From Cyanidioschyzon merolae (taxonomy: Eukaryota), in assembly GCA_000091205.1 (NCBI GenBank), contig AP006496.2: a DNA stretch of 64,000 bases; one strand, given 5' to 3'. The number at the start of each line of letters is the position of its first letter. Positions within the stretch are counted from its first letter, which is position 1. Shown here piece after piece: positions 11,013 through 21,973 of the stretch. The notes below the pieces were generated by a model that did not search any database, was not told where the DNA came from, and worked only from the letters and a program-made list of their open reading frames with translations. The position numbers and the translations under genes were made by a program.

Positions 11013-12002
11013 GTGATGCTTCAACCAGTGGAACGATATGAAAAGCAACGGGTTCTTGGGCAGGGTACCTACGGTGTGGTGTATCTGGCGATCGATCGCT
11101 GTACTGCGCAGCCTGTGGCACTCAAGAAAGTTCGCCTCGCGGACTACACAGCAGGTCTGTCGATGACAGCGTGGCGAGAGTTGCGCCTTCTACCAGAACT
11201 GGGTGGCCATCCGAACGTCATCGCGCTCCTGGACGTATTTAGCACCAAATCTTCGGAGCTGTACCTGGTCTACGAGTACTGCGAAACCGATCTGGAGCAT
11301 TTGATCACCGAGCGTAACCTCATGTTGAGTCAGGGCGACATCAAAAGCTGCCTCCGGCAGCTGCTGGAGGGCGTCGCGGCCTGCCACGAAAACTGGGTAT
11401 TGCACCGGGACCTCAAGCCGAGCAACGTACTGGTTACTACCGACGGGGTGCTGAAACTGGCTGATTTTGGACTCGCTCGCGTCTATGCTGAACCGGACCT
11501 CGGAACAGAGGGCGGGCGCCGAATGACCCATCAGGTGGTGACGCGATGGTACCGAGCACCAGAGTTGCTCTTCGGGGCGACCGCTTACGGGCCCGCGGTC
11601 GATATCTGGGCCGTTGGATGCATATTCGCGGAGCTCATGCGCCGTGTACCCTTTCTGCCTGGACAGAATGACCTTGACCAGCTGGGGAAGATCGCGGCAA
11701 CCTTGGGAGCGCCCACTCCGGACCAGTGGCCCGGAGTGGATGCCTTGCCCGCGTACCTTCCGTTCAAGTCGGTCCAGCGACAGCCGCTGGCGGACTTGTT
11801 TCGCGCAGCCCCGCCCTCAGCCATTGATCTGCTGTCGCGGATGCTTGCACTGAACCCCAACGAGCGTATTTCAGCGCGAGATGCGCTGGAACATGCATTC
11901 TTCCATACGGGTGCAGCGGAGAGCGACCCGCGCGAGCTTATGGTTCGATGGCGGAAAGCACAAGCCCATCGAAGAGCGGCGAAAACGGAGCGACACTCCT
12001 AG
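11013..12002 (+). CDS. Cyclin-dependent kinase 7-like (CDK-activating kinase catalytic subunit).
   Basis: GQGTYGVVY, HRDLKPSNVL, DFGLAR, and the T-loop block THQVVTRWYRAPELLFGATAYG with VDIWAVGCIFAELMRRVPFLPGQNDLDQL, collinear with human CDK7. Confidence 0.85.
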   Translation: MMLQPVERYEKQRVLGQGTYGVVYLAIDRCTAQPVALKKVRLADYTAGLSMTAWRELRLLPELGGHPNVIALLDVFSTKSSELYLVYEYCETDLEHLITERNLMLSQGDIKSCLRQLLEGVAACHENWVLHRDLKPSNVLVTTDGVLKLADFGLARVYAEPDLGTEGGRRMTHQVVTRWYRAPELLFGATAYGPAVDIWAVGCIFAELMRRVPFLPGQNDLDQLGKIAATLGAPTPDQWPGVDALPAYLPFKSVQRQPLADLFRAAPPSAIDLLSRMLALNPNERISARDALEHAFFHTGAAESDPRELMVRWRKAQAHRRAAKTERHS

Positions 12003-12430
12003 TAGAACACATACGATCCGGACAGCGGTTCGATCTTGCTGTGAACTGCACAACTTTGTCGCTCCGAGTCGCAGCATCGGTGCGATCATGCCTACCTGTT
12101 CGTGCATGATCGGCGGCATAGGCAGGAATTGTGGTCTGCCTCGTCGCTGTGGAAGCGTTCGGGTCTCCCGTTTCGATCCGACGGGCTCGCCCTGCGTACC
12201 ACAACGCACTGATGATGGATACCTTGGAACGCGCGTGTCCCTAACTTGCCAGTTAGGAATCATCGGGCAAGTTCTGGATGTCAGGGCGTACCCATTGTGT
12301 TGTCGAGAGCAATGGAAGAAAGCGCAAGCGTTCATCGACGAGGACGCGATGAACGCCGCTGCTTGTCTAGATTCCCTTGATCACGGGCGCATCCATACGA
12401 TGCAAGTTTGATTCTTGAACATTTCAGTGA

Positions 12431-13811
12431 AACCGAAATGTTTTACAACGATGGAGGGTAAATATACGTACCCACCCGCAGACATCTTCCAGTGTTTTTT
12501 TTCAGCTGGTTCCCTGCTCCCGCATTCAACTCCTCGTGGTGCATTTCGACCCTGAGATGCTGCCCCGTGAAACTGGCTCGCGTCACGTGCCTAGGTCCCT
12601 TCTTCAACGCTGCACATCTTCTGGTATGGATGGCGGCGTTCAAGTCTCGGTTCACGAACTCGATGCATTTATTGCCTCTGGTTGAACTCGTCAATGCAAG
12701 GAGTCCTCGAACTCGCGCTCTCTGCACTATTTGGCGCTCTCTCCTCTCTCTGTTCGTCTCTATCGCCAAAGCGCTCCGCTGGCCTGTCTCCATTTCGACC
12801 TTGTCAAGTGTGCACCCAAGCTCATCCCGTAGATTTTTTGGAATGAACACATTTCTGTATGCCCCTAGGTAAGGAATTCCCCAGAGCAGGAGCGACTCGC
12901 ACGAGAAACACGACATGCGCTCGGATGTCAACATGTTCTAAACGCGTCAGCGATTCGCTCAGCGAAGCGATGATTACGTTTCACGGTACAAGACACTGCA
13001 TCGATGAGGCTGAACGACGCAGCGTACGGAGGAATGAAGAGCAGAGCTACCGCGATAGAATCGGCAAATGCTCGATCACAACGGGAACGGTAAACGAACA
13101 CGTTGTCGAACAGAACGACGTCGCCAGGCGTCAGAAGAAAAGTCTTCAATGATTCGACAAAGTGGTTCATACTCTTGTATGAGCCTTCTCTGCTTGCGAA
13201 TCTGAGGCCGCCAAACGCGAGTCCACTGCATCTAGACAAGACGATGACGTCGTCGTTCTCTTCGAGTTCGATCATACATATAACGGGCGCGCCGCTCCGC
13301 GAAGACGCTTTTATGTTCGGATCGTTTCGTCCGAAGCAAGTCTCACCGACTGGAAAAACAAACCGACATCCCGGTGCTTCATACCGATCGCGACGTGCCA
13401 GGAACGCTCTTGGGGCAATATCGGTGGAAAACAGCGGTGCGTGAACCTGGACTCGTTTCTTGCGGGTGTATCCCAGCGTTTCCAGGACCGCATGCGCATC
13501 CTGTTGAGAACCAGAGACGCCCGTGGCGTCTACCATCGTCGCTTTTGCTTCCCGTGAGGTGATCATTGGGTCGCTTTCTACCATTGGCAGTAGACGCGCA
13601 TTGGGGATATCGATTTTAGGCACAGAGCGCATGGACCTCTATCTTTCAGTGTTCCGCAACCATCTGAATCCTGTGAAATGACTGACATGAAAGACGAATG
13701 CACTCCTCCTTGCTCTGTTCCGTACCAAACCCATACCCTGCATTCAACTCGTCTACGATCTACACGGTACATGACATCGTGATGTCGATCGCCTGCTCCG
13801 CACTGCATCGG
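12431..13811 (-). mobile_element. Second, truncated copy of the Tc1/IS630-like element (right TIR plus transposase region), inverted relative to copy 1 and ~98% identical.
   Basis: ORFs 12443-12934(-), 12928-13632(-) and part of 13578-14045(-) are near-identical to 1658-2170(+), 960-1664(+) and 688-1014(+). Its terminus is tcagtgaaaccg at 12430-12441. Homology stops at 13811, which corresponds to position 781 of copy 1; the left TIR is absent. Confidence 0.65.
12928..13632 (-). CDS. Tc1/IS630-family transposase DDE-like domain, copy 2 (234 aa, 3 substitutions versus copy 1).
   Basis: Protein identical to the 960-1664 ORF except SIAVALL, SCTVKRNH and ADAFRTC. Confidence 0.55.
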   Translation of the reverse strand: MRSVPKIDIPNARLLPMVESDPMITSREAKATMVDATGVSGSQQDAHAVLETLGYTRKKRVQVHAPLFSTDIAPRAFLARRDRYEAPGCRFVFPVGETCFGRNDPNIKASSRSGAPVICMIELEENDDVIVLSRCSGLAFGGLRFASREGSYKSMNHFVESLKTFLLTPGDVVLFDNVFVYRSRCDRAFADSIAVALLFIPPYAASFSLIDAVSCTVKRNHRFAERIADAFRTC

Positions 13812-14543
13812 CCCTGTGCAACAAAATTGAGTTGAAAGCCTGTCAAGGCACTCCGCGCAGCTCGTGATGCACGCATCAGGCCGGGACAGCGCATACATAC
13901 ATGCATGCATACATACATGCATGACACGAATATGCATGCATGCAACAAACATCACGATAAGGCGGTGAGCAATTCCATGCACTGGGGTAGCACGCTCTTT
14001 CTGCTGCAGAACACGTGTCCGCAAAAGATCTAGCACGATCCACACCGCTGTCTGTTGACTTGAATCGACAGCAGTTCAGCTTGCAGACAAGGATTTATCT
14101 TGTGCATCTTGTGAGGCCTGCGTGCAGGCGACCACTTACCATGGTCGCAACGAATCTCCAGCGAGGCGGTATTTGATCGAGCCGCTCCCGAGAATGCACC
14201 GGCCGGACGGTTGATTGAGTGCCCACAGGTTTCCGCTCAGAGAATCCAGTCGACGCGTTTCTGTTTCGGGAATCGTACAAACTAGTGCAAATCCTGGATG
14301 ACATGCCAACGCTCGCATTCGAACTGCTCTACATGCACAGCGCCCGCTCCATGAACGCTTGCCTCGTTGGCACCCCGCAACGTCTCTGGAGTTCTCCGCG
14401 TGCGCGTCCGCGCTGGCATTGATCATTCGACTGGGCGCGAAAGCGCCGTGCGCTGTCCAATCGTGCCAGCAATCTGCCTTCCAAAGCGTTACACCATTGA
14501 AAACAGATTCCGAGCACCGTGCATTCATGGTGACTTGTAGTTC

Positions 14544-16850
14544 TCATTCAGGATGATGTTTGGGTGCGCGGTTTGGCGATGCTGCTGAAGCATGGGAAGC
14601 AGGTGGCACCTGTAGGACACCCCAGTCCCCGGGTGCACCCATTTCTCGCAATGAATGTATCGTTGCTGCAAGCAGACGTCCGGTCGCGACTCGGGCCAGT
14701 CGTCGCGCTGGCACCAACAACCCGAGTCGTCCCAGTGTCACGACAACGCCCAGCACGATGAGCACTGACAGCAGTAAAAACGGTCGTTGTAGGACCGCTA
14801 CGAATTCATTCCAGCCGAGCAGCACCAGAAGCACCAGCATCCATGCGGGAACCTGACGGTGCACGCGAGCGGCCTGTTGTGCTCGAACCGCCTCTGAGTA
14901 GGCCATCGCAGCGCGTTCCTCGAGGCCCTGACGAAGCAGCTTGACTTCGGCTTCGCCCAGTAGGCAGGACTCGTTGCCATTGAGATGGACGTGCTGCAGT
15001 AACACAACGAGAAACATAGCGTGTTGGAGCGCATCCAGCCAAATCTTGCGCAGATCATCACTCGCTTGCCAGACTCGCGGAATGCGGTGCGCACTGGACT
15101 CGAATCGAAACGCGTCCTCGAATCTTTTCATCAGGTGAAGCTGTAACGCCGAAGGTGAGTGCGCCTGGTTTCGCAGGAACCTCCAAACACATTCCATGGT
15201 CTGCGCTCGGTGCAGCTTCAGCAGGTTCGAGGCCAGCGCATCGTCCCCGCATGCAGACTGTGTCTGTCCGCCCGGCTGCTGATGATGCTCCTGCTCAGGC
15301 GCTGTGATCCCAGTCGAGATCAGCGCTCTGTGCAGATGCTGCGCTGACTCGTCTCGAACACGCTCAACAACCTCTTGTTCCACTCGGTTCCAGAAAACTT
15401 CTGGTTCTTGCTCGGCGGAGGCCCGATCGAGTACCTCCCATAGCGGCTCCTGGAGGCGATGCGAGAATAAAACGGCTGCCTCCTCGAGCAACAACGTTGC
15501 CAAACGGTGCTCAGCTGCCTCGCTGATTGCGTCCAGGCGATCTCTGTAGATTTGGCTGAGCTCGGCAAGCAGCTCGCTCCAGCATTCGTCCTCAACGAAA
15601 CATTGGGGAATCACAGCGACATCCTTCCAGGCAGTCTCTAGCTCGCTCCGTTGCCTCTGGAGGCGATCCATGAATCCTTTCCACGCGCTGCGCTCAGGCG
15701 CGGCAGTTTTTACTGCCAGCTGATCGTTCACGAAATGATCGAACCGCTCAGCCAGTGTTTCCAGGTGGCGCTGCAGACGACGGCGATAGGCTTCGCGAGC
15801 GCGCAACGAGAGCACATCGTGCAGCTGCTTTCGTTTTGCTGCAGCAACTACGGGCACGTAGCGCGCGGAGCGCTCCTGATAGTGCATCATCACTCGCTCG
15901 TATGCTGCTGACAAGTCCGCAGCATCCGCATCGAATGTACTTGCCGCCTCTTGGGCGATCTCCTCGCAGCGAATCCTAGCTAGAGCCTCCTTTTCGGTCG
16001 GGATATCGAGCTCGCGGTTTTCGCGAACGACTTGCCAGATCTGTTGACAGAAGACAGCGAACCCGTCAGCCGCGATTCCCCGATGATAACTTTCGTGGAA
16101 GATACCAGAGGCTCCCTTATAGAACCGGTCTCGGAGGTCGGCTGCAGCCTGCTCGAAAGCTCCGGAAGCGAGTTCCTTGTGTGGCAGGCTCGTGCACTCC
16201 ACGTCGAAAAAAGTCGATAACGACGCGCCCTCAACCGATGACGGTTTGTTGATGCTATCCCAGATGCGCTCGAGATCTTCGAGAAGCGTCTTCTCTAATA
16301 GGGCGAGCGGTGTGTTCACGTGGTCGCGGAGCACAAAGAGCAGCCGCGTTCGGTGCGCTTCGCGATGAAAAAGCGCCACGTCCTGTTCGAAGACCGTACG
16401 CAACAGCGCTAGGTTCGCTGCATTATACCGACCAATATCCTGCGCCCAAACATTGATGATGAGGACTTGCGCAAGCGCAAGCGCAAAGAGCGCCGCTTTC
16501 CGCTCAAACGATGCAGCGCCCTCGCCCCGTTCCCGCGAGTCCGTGCCTTCAAGGTCGAGGACCAGGATCTCGCCGCTGCGTGCATCAACCCCCAGCCAAA
16601 TGCCTCTCGTGACCTGATACCGTCCGATACTGGCGTCCATGGTCGGAAAGTTAGTCCCAAAGAGACAGTTCAGAAGCGTTGACTTGCCCGAAGACTGACA
16701 CCCCAGCACTGCAACCGTGTGGTACTGGAGACCGCGCTCATGCAGGCGATGCTCGTGCAAAAACCGGAGTAAATCCTCTCGGTGGAACTCTTCGGTGTAC
16801 GAGATGATTTCCACCAGCCCAGAAGAACTCCTGTTCTGGTTACTGTCCAT
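14544..16850 (-). CDS. RHD3/Sey1-type dynamin-like GTPase (atlastin functional analogue; ER membrane fusion).
   Basis: GCQSSGKSTLLNCLFGTNF, LDLEGTDSRERGE and IWDS are collinear with Arabidopsis RHD3. Two C-terminal TM segments: VPAWMLVLLVLLGWNEF and LLLSVLIVLGVVVTLG. Confidence 0.85.
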   Translation of the reverse strand: MDSNQNRSSSGLVEIISYTEEFHREDLLRFLHEHRLHERGLQYHTVAVLGCQSSGKSTLLNCLFGTNFPTMDASIGRYQVTRGIWLGVDARSGEILVLDLEGTDSRERGEGAASFERKAALFALALAQVLIINVWAQDIGRYNAANLALLRTVFEQDVALFHREAHRTRLLFVLRDHVNTPLALLEKTLLEDLERIWDSINKPSSVEGASLSTFFDVECTSLPHKELASGAFEQAAADLRDRFYKGASGIFHESYHRGIAADGFAVFCQQIWQVVRENRELDIPTEKEALARIRCEEIAQEAASTFDADAADLSAAYERVMMHYQERSARYVPVVAAAKRKQLHDVLSLRAREAYRRRLQRHLETLAERFDHFVNDQLAVKTAAPERSAWKGFMDRLQRQRSELETAWKDVAVIPQCFVEDECWSELLAELSQIYRDRLDAISEAAEHRLATLLLEEAAVLFSHRLQEPLWEVLDRASAEQEPEVFWNRVEQEVVERVRDESAQHLHRALISTGITAPEQEHHQQPGGQTQSACGDDALASNLLKLHRAQTMECVWRFLRNQAHSPSALQLHLMKRFEDAFRFESSAHRIPRVWQASDDLRKIWLDALQHAMFLVVLLQHVHLNGNESCLLGEAEVKLLRQGLEERAAMAYSEAVRAQQAARVHRQVPAWMLVLLVLLGWNEFVAVLQRPFLLLSVLIVLGVVVTLGRLGLLVPARRLARVATGRLLAATIHSLREMGAPGDWGVLQVPPASHASAASPNRAPKHHPE

Positions 16851-17199
16851 GGCAACGGGTCGGGCACTCGAACCAGTCGCGCAACACCCAAAAGAGGCGT
16901 TGCGTACTTGCTGCGACGTTGCCGCCTTGCTGTCGACTGCGCAGCAGCCTCACATCTCCATTCCGACGATTTCCGCGGCTTCATGCCGGGTTGCGAACCC
17001 GAGACCCATGTAACCATAAAATGGAACACGTTCACGAACACAGGCATACACGTTCAAGTATGGCGCTCTTCACACAGTCATCAACACCTGCATATACGGG
17101 TTCTGTCGATGACTGCTTCCGTTGCCCCCTCTTTCATCTGCGGATGTAAACACACCAGTCCCTCGTGTGCGTCCAGCTCCATTGTCAGCAGTCAAAGAA

Positions 17200-17480
17200 C
17201 GTTGAGAGCAGCGTTCAAGTTCTGATTACGCAGCTTGCGGTTGTTGTAGATGCGTTTGGTACACAGACGAAAGTTGCGATCTACACCTCGTTTGCAATTT
17301 TCATCTTCTTTGGATACAGCCTCTGCGCACCCTTCGTCGCAATGCCATTTGCCTGTGGTCAGGTGTTCCCGAATATCAACCACGTCTCCTTTGCCGATCA
17401 CCGCACTGTGGATCGTGAACGCCTGCCTCATCGTTCGATGCCTGCACTTGACGAGAACAGCGAGCTTCCCTGGTACGCCT
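17200..17480 (+). repeat. Diverged fragment (X) of the TIR repeat family.
   Basis: Aligns to the reverse complement of 23995-24300 (cggttgttgt.gac.ca.tt..tgg.acag.cg.aagttgcg...gcctgcctcatcg). The 23990-24410 copy in turn aligns to the TIR core (atggcggc.tt.aagtc.gg.tc.cg). Confidence 0.45.
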
Positions 17481-18439
17481 CGCCGGTTTCCGTGCCGAGT
17501 TCCGTACCCTACGATCACGTCGGGGAATACTCCGTCCGCTGTATGCGGAAGCGCATACTGTTTCATTGAACAGAGGATTCGTGGAGCGCGATGCTGTCCA
17601 TGATGGAACTAGTACCGAAAGAAGAATCGATGCTTTAGAACAAGTTGAGAGTTTTCGGTCCGTCAACGCACCCATCGTGCAACAGAGGGATGAAGATTTC
17701 TCTCTGGAACGAAATCGATTATCTAGCTTCTCAAGCTCAGTGATCTTTCGGCATGAGCTCGTGTACGAGCCGACAAGTGACGGTGTCGAGTGTGTTTCGT
17801 CGTCGGCAATCCAGCGATGCTAATTGCAGCGCTCACGAATCTCCCTGAAACGGAAGTATCGGAAACGAGAAGACTGCGGGATTTGAGGATACTGCACGTA
17901 AGGAAATAAGAAGCGCGGCAGCTCTTAGGCACGCATTGCACCATGATACTGGTTATTTTACGAATCCTTGTTCGAAAGCGTCGCAAATCATTTTGATCGC
18001 GGTCACTTACCGGACCACTGAGAAAACACGATCGAGCTTCCAAAACCTACGTGTGATTTCGCAAGCCCCTACTGCTGGACTTGGAATGTCGAGGATTTGC
18101 ATTAAATGAAAAAATTTCCGGAAAAATCGCAAGGCGTCGACAGAAAGACCACTTCCATGTCCCTGTTCCATCTGACACGGGTGAAGGAAGCGACAGCATT
18201 CACAGGACGTGAGGAGTTCCGTTCGGCTGACGGATCCTATGTACACAACACGAGGAGCGGGATGTTGACGAGCGGCCGGTCTGACGTTCACACTTCTCTG
18301 AGGCTACTGGTCTGGCTGCCAGCGGGCAGGTGCACTCCTTTTCCAAGGAGCTGCTGCAATCGCGTGGGGGTTGCAACCTCGCAGGAGGTAGCAGGCAGAA
18401 ACTTGACACTGTATGGTGCGTTGCGGCAACCGAAGAGGC

Positions 18440-18665
18440 TGCTCGCGAGAAACACCACCCCATGAGACCGGTGAACGCCTGTCCGAGGCTCACGCGGCAT
18501 ACTAGAAACACAGCGCTAGTTCGAAACAGCCTCCGTTGAGGTCTGGGACAGCTCACCATCCCATAAGACCGGTGAACGCCTGTCCGAGGCTCAAGCAGCA
18601 TACTAGAAACACAGCGCTAGTTCGAAACAGCCTCCGTTGAGGTCTGGAACAAGTCACCATAGGCC
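18440..18665 (+). repeat. Tandem duplication, 101-bp unit x ~2.2.
   Basis: ccggtgaacgcctgtccgaggctca at 18468 recurs at 18569 with ~95% identity across the unit. Confidence 0.8.
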
Positions 18666-19191
18666 TCCTTGCTTGGCATAGGATCACAGACTTGTTCATA
18701 GAACGCGCAGCAGCAGCAGCAGCAGCAGCCTGTGCCACTGCCTTCAAGTATCCCGCTGTTTCCAAGAAGCATCGGACGCGTAGTCAGATCGTAAGCAGAT
18801 ATTCGTTTTGTCAACCACTATTTCCGTGCCTGCACCTTATAAAAGTCCGGTCATTCGCTAAACTTGCACTCGAATATTGTAGCGGTATGCTGCGGCAACG
18901 ATCACGGCACGATAGACCGTTGAACTGGGACGGGAACGCGCCCACGCTCGAGTCTGTTCTCGAAGATGCATTGTCGTGGCCAAGAACGCTGTTGAACTGC
19001 GTCTTTCGGGTGCAATACGCCACCTTTCTTGCTGTAGTAAGCTGTGCTGCGCTACGCTGTACCCTACTGACTTGCGTTGTGCAGAACTTGCGTTGAACGC
19101 TCGCACGAGCGTCTGTGACTGAGCGGGCCCCGCAGCGTACCCCTGGGGTCTCCGTGAGCGTTGCGAGCGTTTCTTCATCGCCCCGGTAACT

Positions 19192-20304
19192 GTGGTTCAT
19201 CGTGTGCAGAGCTCTCCCATGGGTTTCCTAGCGCTTCAGGACAGGACAGAGGAGTTGCGCTCTGTCGCGCGACTGTTCGAGAGAGACTCGGCAGCGGGTA
19301 CCAGTGGAGCCACCGCTGCAGCACGTCCGGGGGACGCTGGGGCGGCGGCCCCGCAGACCTCGCTCACTCCCGAACGAACTGCAGAGCTGGCCGTAAAACA
19401 CTCACCCGGCTGGCAACGTAGCAACTTTGCCGTCTGTGCAGCGCAGATTGGCGGAAGGATTCACGAAACGTCCGCAAAACTCGCTCAACTGACTCGACTG
19501 GCGCGGCAGCGCTCTCTGTTCGATGACCATAGCGAGGAGATCGACCGATTAACCAGCCAAATCAAAAGCGATATCGGATATATTAATCATCAGCTCGACG
19601 AACTGCAACAGTTGGCTCGCAGAACTGCGGACCCGGGGAGCAACGGCGAACGACGCACAGGCGACAAGCGGACAGATGCTACTACTACTACTACAGGCAG
19701 CAACGCCCTAGCTCAACAGCATACTCGAATTATTGTGGATTCGTTGCGAGCGCGGCTTTTGAATGCGACGCAAACGTTTCAGTCAGTGCTGCAGGAGCGG
19801 TCAGCGACCTTACGTGTTCGCCCGGAACACAAGGCAGCAACACAGAAACTTCCCAGTGTGTCACACTCGATCTTCGATCTGAAGCCGAACGAGCTAGAGC
19901 GCGGCTCCAGCTTTCTAGATTTGGGTAGTGGCTCCCTCGGCGCATCCCAGCAGCAGCAGCAGCAGCAGCAGCTATGGTACCAGCCTCAGGAGCAACAGCT
20001 GGTGCATGCGCCACCAGCAGCATCTCTACGATACTACCAGCAACGAACAGATGCAGTTCAACGCGTGGAGGCAACGATTGTAGAGCTGGGCCAGATCTTC
20101 CACCAGCTGTCGCGAATGGTAGCCGAGCAAGGCGAGCTTGTTCAGCGCATCGACGTGAACATTGAGGACTCCCTGGCACACGTAGAAGGTGCGCATGGTC
20201 AACTGCTGCGTTATTTTGAGAGCCTGCGCTCGAATCGCGGTCTTATCCTCAAACTGTTCGGCGTTTTAAGTCTCTTTATTGTGCTGTGGGTATTGATTCT
20301 CTGA
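19192..20304 (+). CDS. Syntaxin-5 / Sed5-type Qa-SNARE (ER-Golgi t-SNARE). The start is possibly Met at 19219.
   Basis: N-terminal DRTxEL Sly1-binding-like motif (LQDRTEELRSV). SNARE motif IVELGQIFHQLSRMVAEQGELVQRIDVNIED...LLRYF matches Sed5 ITELGSIFQQLATMVQEQGEVIQRIDANVDD...LLKYF. C-terminal TM LFGVLSLFIVLWVLIL. Internal polyQ. Confidence 0.85.
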   Translation: MVHRVQSSPMGFLALQDRTEELRSVARLFERDSAAGTSGATAAARPGDAGAAAPQTSLTPERTAELAVKHSPGWQRSNFAVCAAQIGGRIHETSAKLAQLTRLARQRSLFDDHSEEIDRLTSQIKSDIGYINHQLDELQQLARRTADPGSNGERRTGDKRTDATTTTTGSNALAQQHTRIIVDSLRARLLNATQTFQSVLQERSATLRVRPEHKAATQKLPSVSHSIFDLKPNELERGSSFLDLGSGSLGASQQQQQQQQLWYQPQEQQLVHAPPAASLRYYQQRTDAVQRVEATIVELGQIFHQLSRMVAEQGELVQRIDVNIEDSLAHVEGAHGQLLRYFESLRSNRGLILKLFGVLSLFIVLWVLIL

Positions 20305-21973
20305 GCGCGCGCATGCAGCAGCATTCACCACTTCCAAGGGCATGCGAGAGCTTCTCGGAAGCGCTCTGCGACTCTATCCGCTTCCATGAATACGAATCAT
20401 CAAACGCAATCGTATGTGTTTCCAGAAGGATCGACGTAGCGCACGCGGTTATCTAGCAGTCGCCAACGCGAGTGTACGCACGGCATCGAGTGGTGTTTAG
20501 GGCGCTCCTAGGCAGCAGCGCGGTCGACGGGATCTATTCGCTCCCTGTATGACCGTTCTGCTATCAACCTGCTTCCGTTCTCGCAGCGGTGCAACAAAGG
20601 TGCATCGAGTTCAGGGTCCGGCTGACGTGCCAGCGATGCTTCGCACCGTATGCAGGCCTCGGTGAGATCGTGCAGCTTTCCCGCTGGCGCACTTCTGTTT
20701 TGGTTTCCTTGCAGCCACGTATTGCGCCTTGACGGAATACGAGCCTTTTCCGATGTCAAGGCGCGGTCAGGGCGAGGTTCGCACCCGGGCATCCTGCGCG
20801 TTCCCGGCATTCCGTGTTTCATGTCTCGCAACCGGCAGTTCGAGAACGAAATGCTGGTGTAGCACCCGAAACCTTTCCGTTCATCTGCAGAACATGGCCG
20901 TGCATGAGGCGGTCTCCTGTGAGCGCGAGATTCAGCTGCAATATCGAGCGTCTCGCTGGTCGCTATCGTGACTCGGCGATATCGACCTCCTCATTCGACA
21001 TGCGGCGCCTACGCACGATGCACTCAGTGCAGCATGCTGCAGCGATTTCTTTCGAGTCGTTTACTTTGCCGCCACGACGAGCGCTAGCGCACGACACCGA
21101 CGATGGTCAACGCTATACGCCCAGGCGCGAGATCGCGCAGGTAGCGAGCTGTCTGCACCGTGCTACCCGATACTCGCACTGGAGCTCATTGAAGTCGTAG
21201 GTGCTGCTGCTGCTGCTGCTGCGCGAGAGAGCCGAACGCCTCGCAGCAGCAGCAGCATCTGCGGAAAACCGCTCGTTGCACTCGAGCGCTGTTTGTGTGC
21301 GCATGACCTCTGGTCACGTTGTGGACCCAAGCGCTGCGCGCTTCATCCGTATGCAGTGGCACGCCACAGCGCAGCGTTGCGAGGATGCAAGTACCCTATC
21401 GCCTCGTAAAAGCAGGTCGTGCGTCGTGCTTTACATACAGTGGTCGTGTACCGAATTATCGCGCTAAACGCTGTTGGTGCACCTTTTTGTGATCTAGGAT
21501 TCATGCATCTAGTCAGAATCACTCGAGTTGTGCAAGCTGCCGATAGCCAGGGAAGAGACCGCAGCTCCTCGACAGACGCGGGCATCTGCCGGTACCTCCA
21601 AAATACTGTTCACCAGGGGATAGAGGCTTCCGCTAGTCACCCCGTGATGTTTCCTTGGAGGGTCGCTATCGACCCAGGGCCCCGCACCGCTGGTTGTGTA
21701 AAAAGTATCCGCAGGAGAGCCTCCCACGACACCAGCTGGAATGCCAGTCTACACGGCTCCGTATCGCTCACCACAGAATGACCTTGCGCTTCGGAAACGC
21801 TTTCAGCCGATCTCAGTAAGGGAACAAGTGAGGTTGTGAACATTACATGCTGTTTACTACACTCGACGCAATACATGCTGCTTGCTGTCGAATCCGAACG
21901 CTATCGACATATTCCGGTCTTTCCATATACGAGCCAATGAACACACTGGAGTGCTGCTCCTCGACGTGCGTGC

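Noticed and set aside
13578-14045. 155-aa minus-strand ORF continuing out of transposon copy 2.
   Set aside because: It is chimeric: its C-terminal half is the HTH-like region of the element, while the N-terminal half reads through the truncation junction and the CATA/CATG microsatellite.
17192-17566. Minus-strand ORF with a ribosomal-S12-like patch (VIVGYGTRHGNRRGVPGKLAVLVKC).
   Set aside because: The same DNA is a copy of the dispersed TIR repeat (homologous to 23990-24410, where frames differ). The resemblance to S12 is short and out of order.
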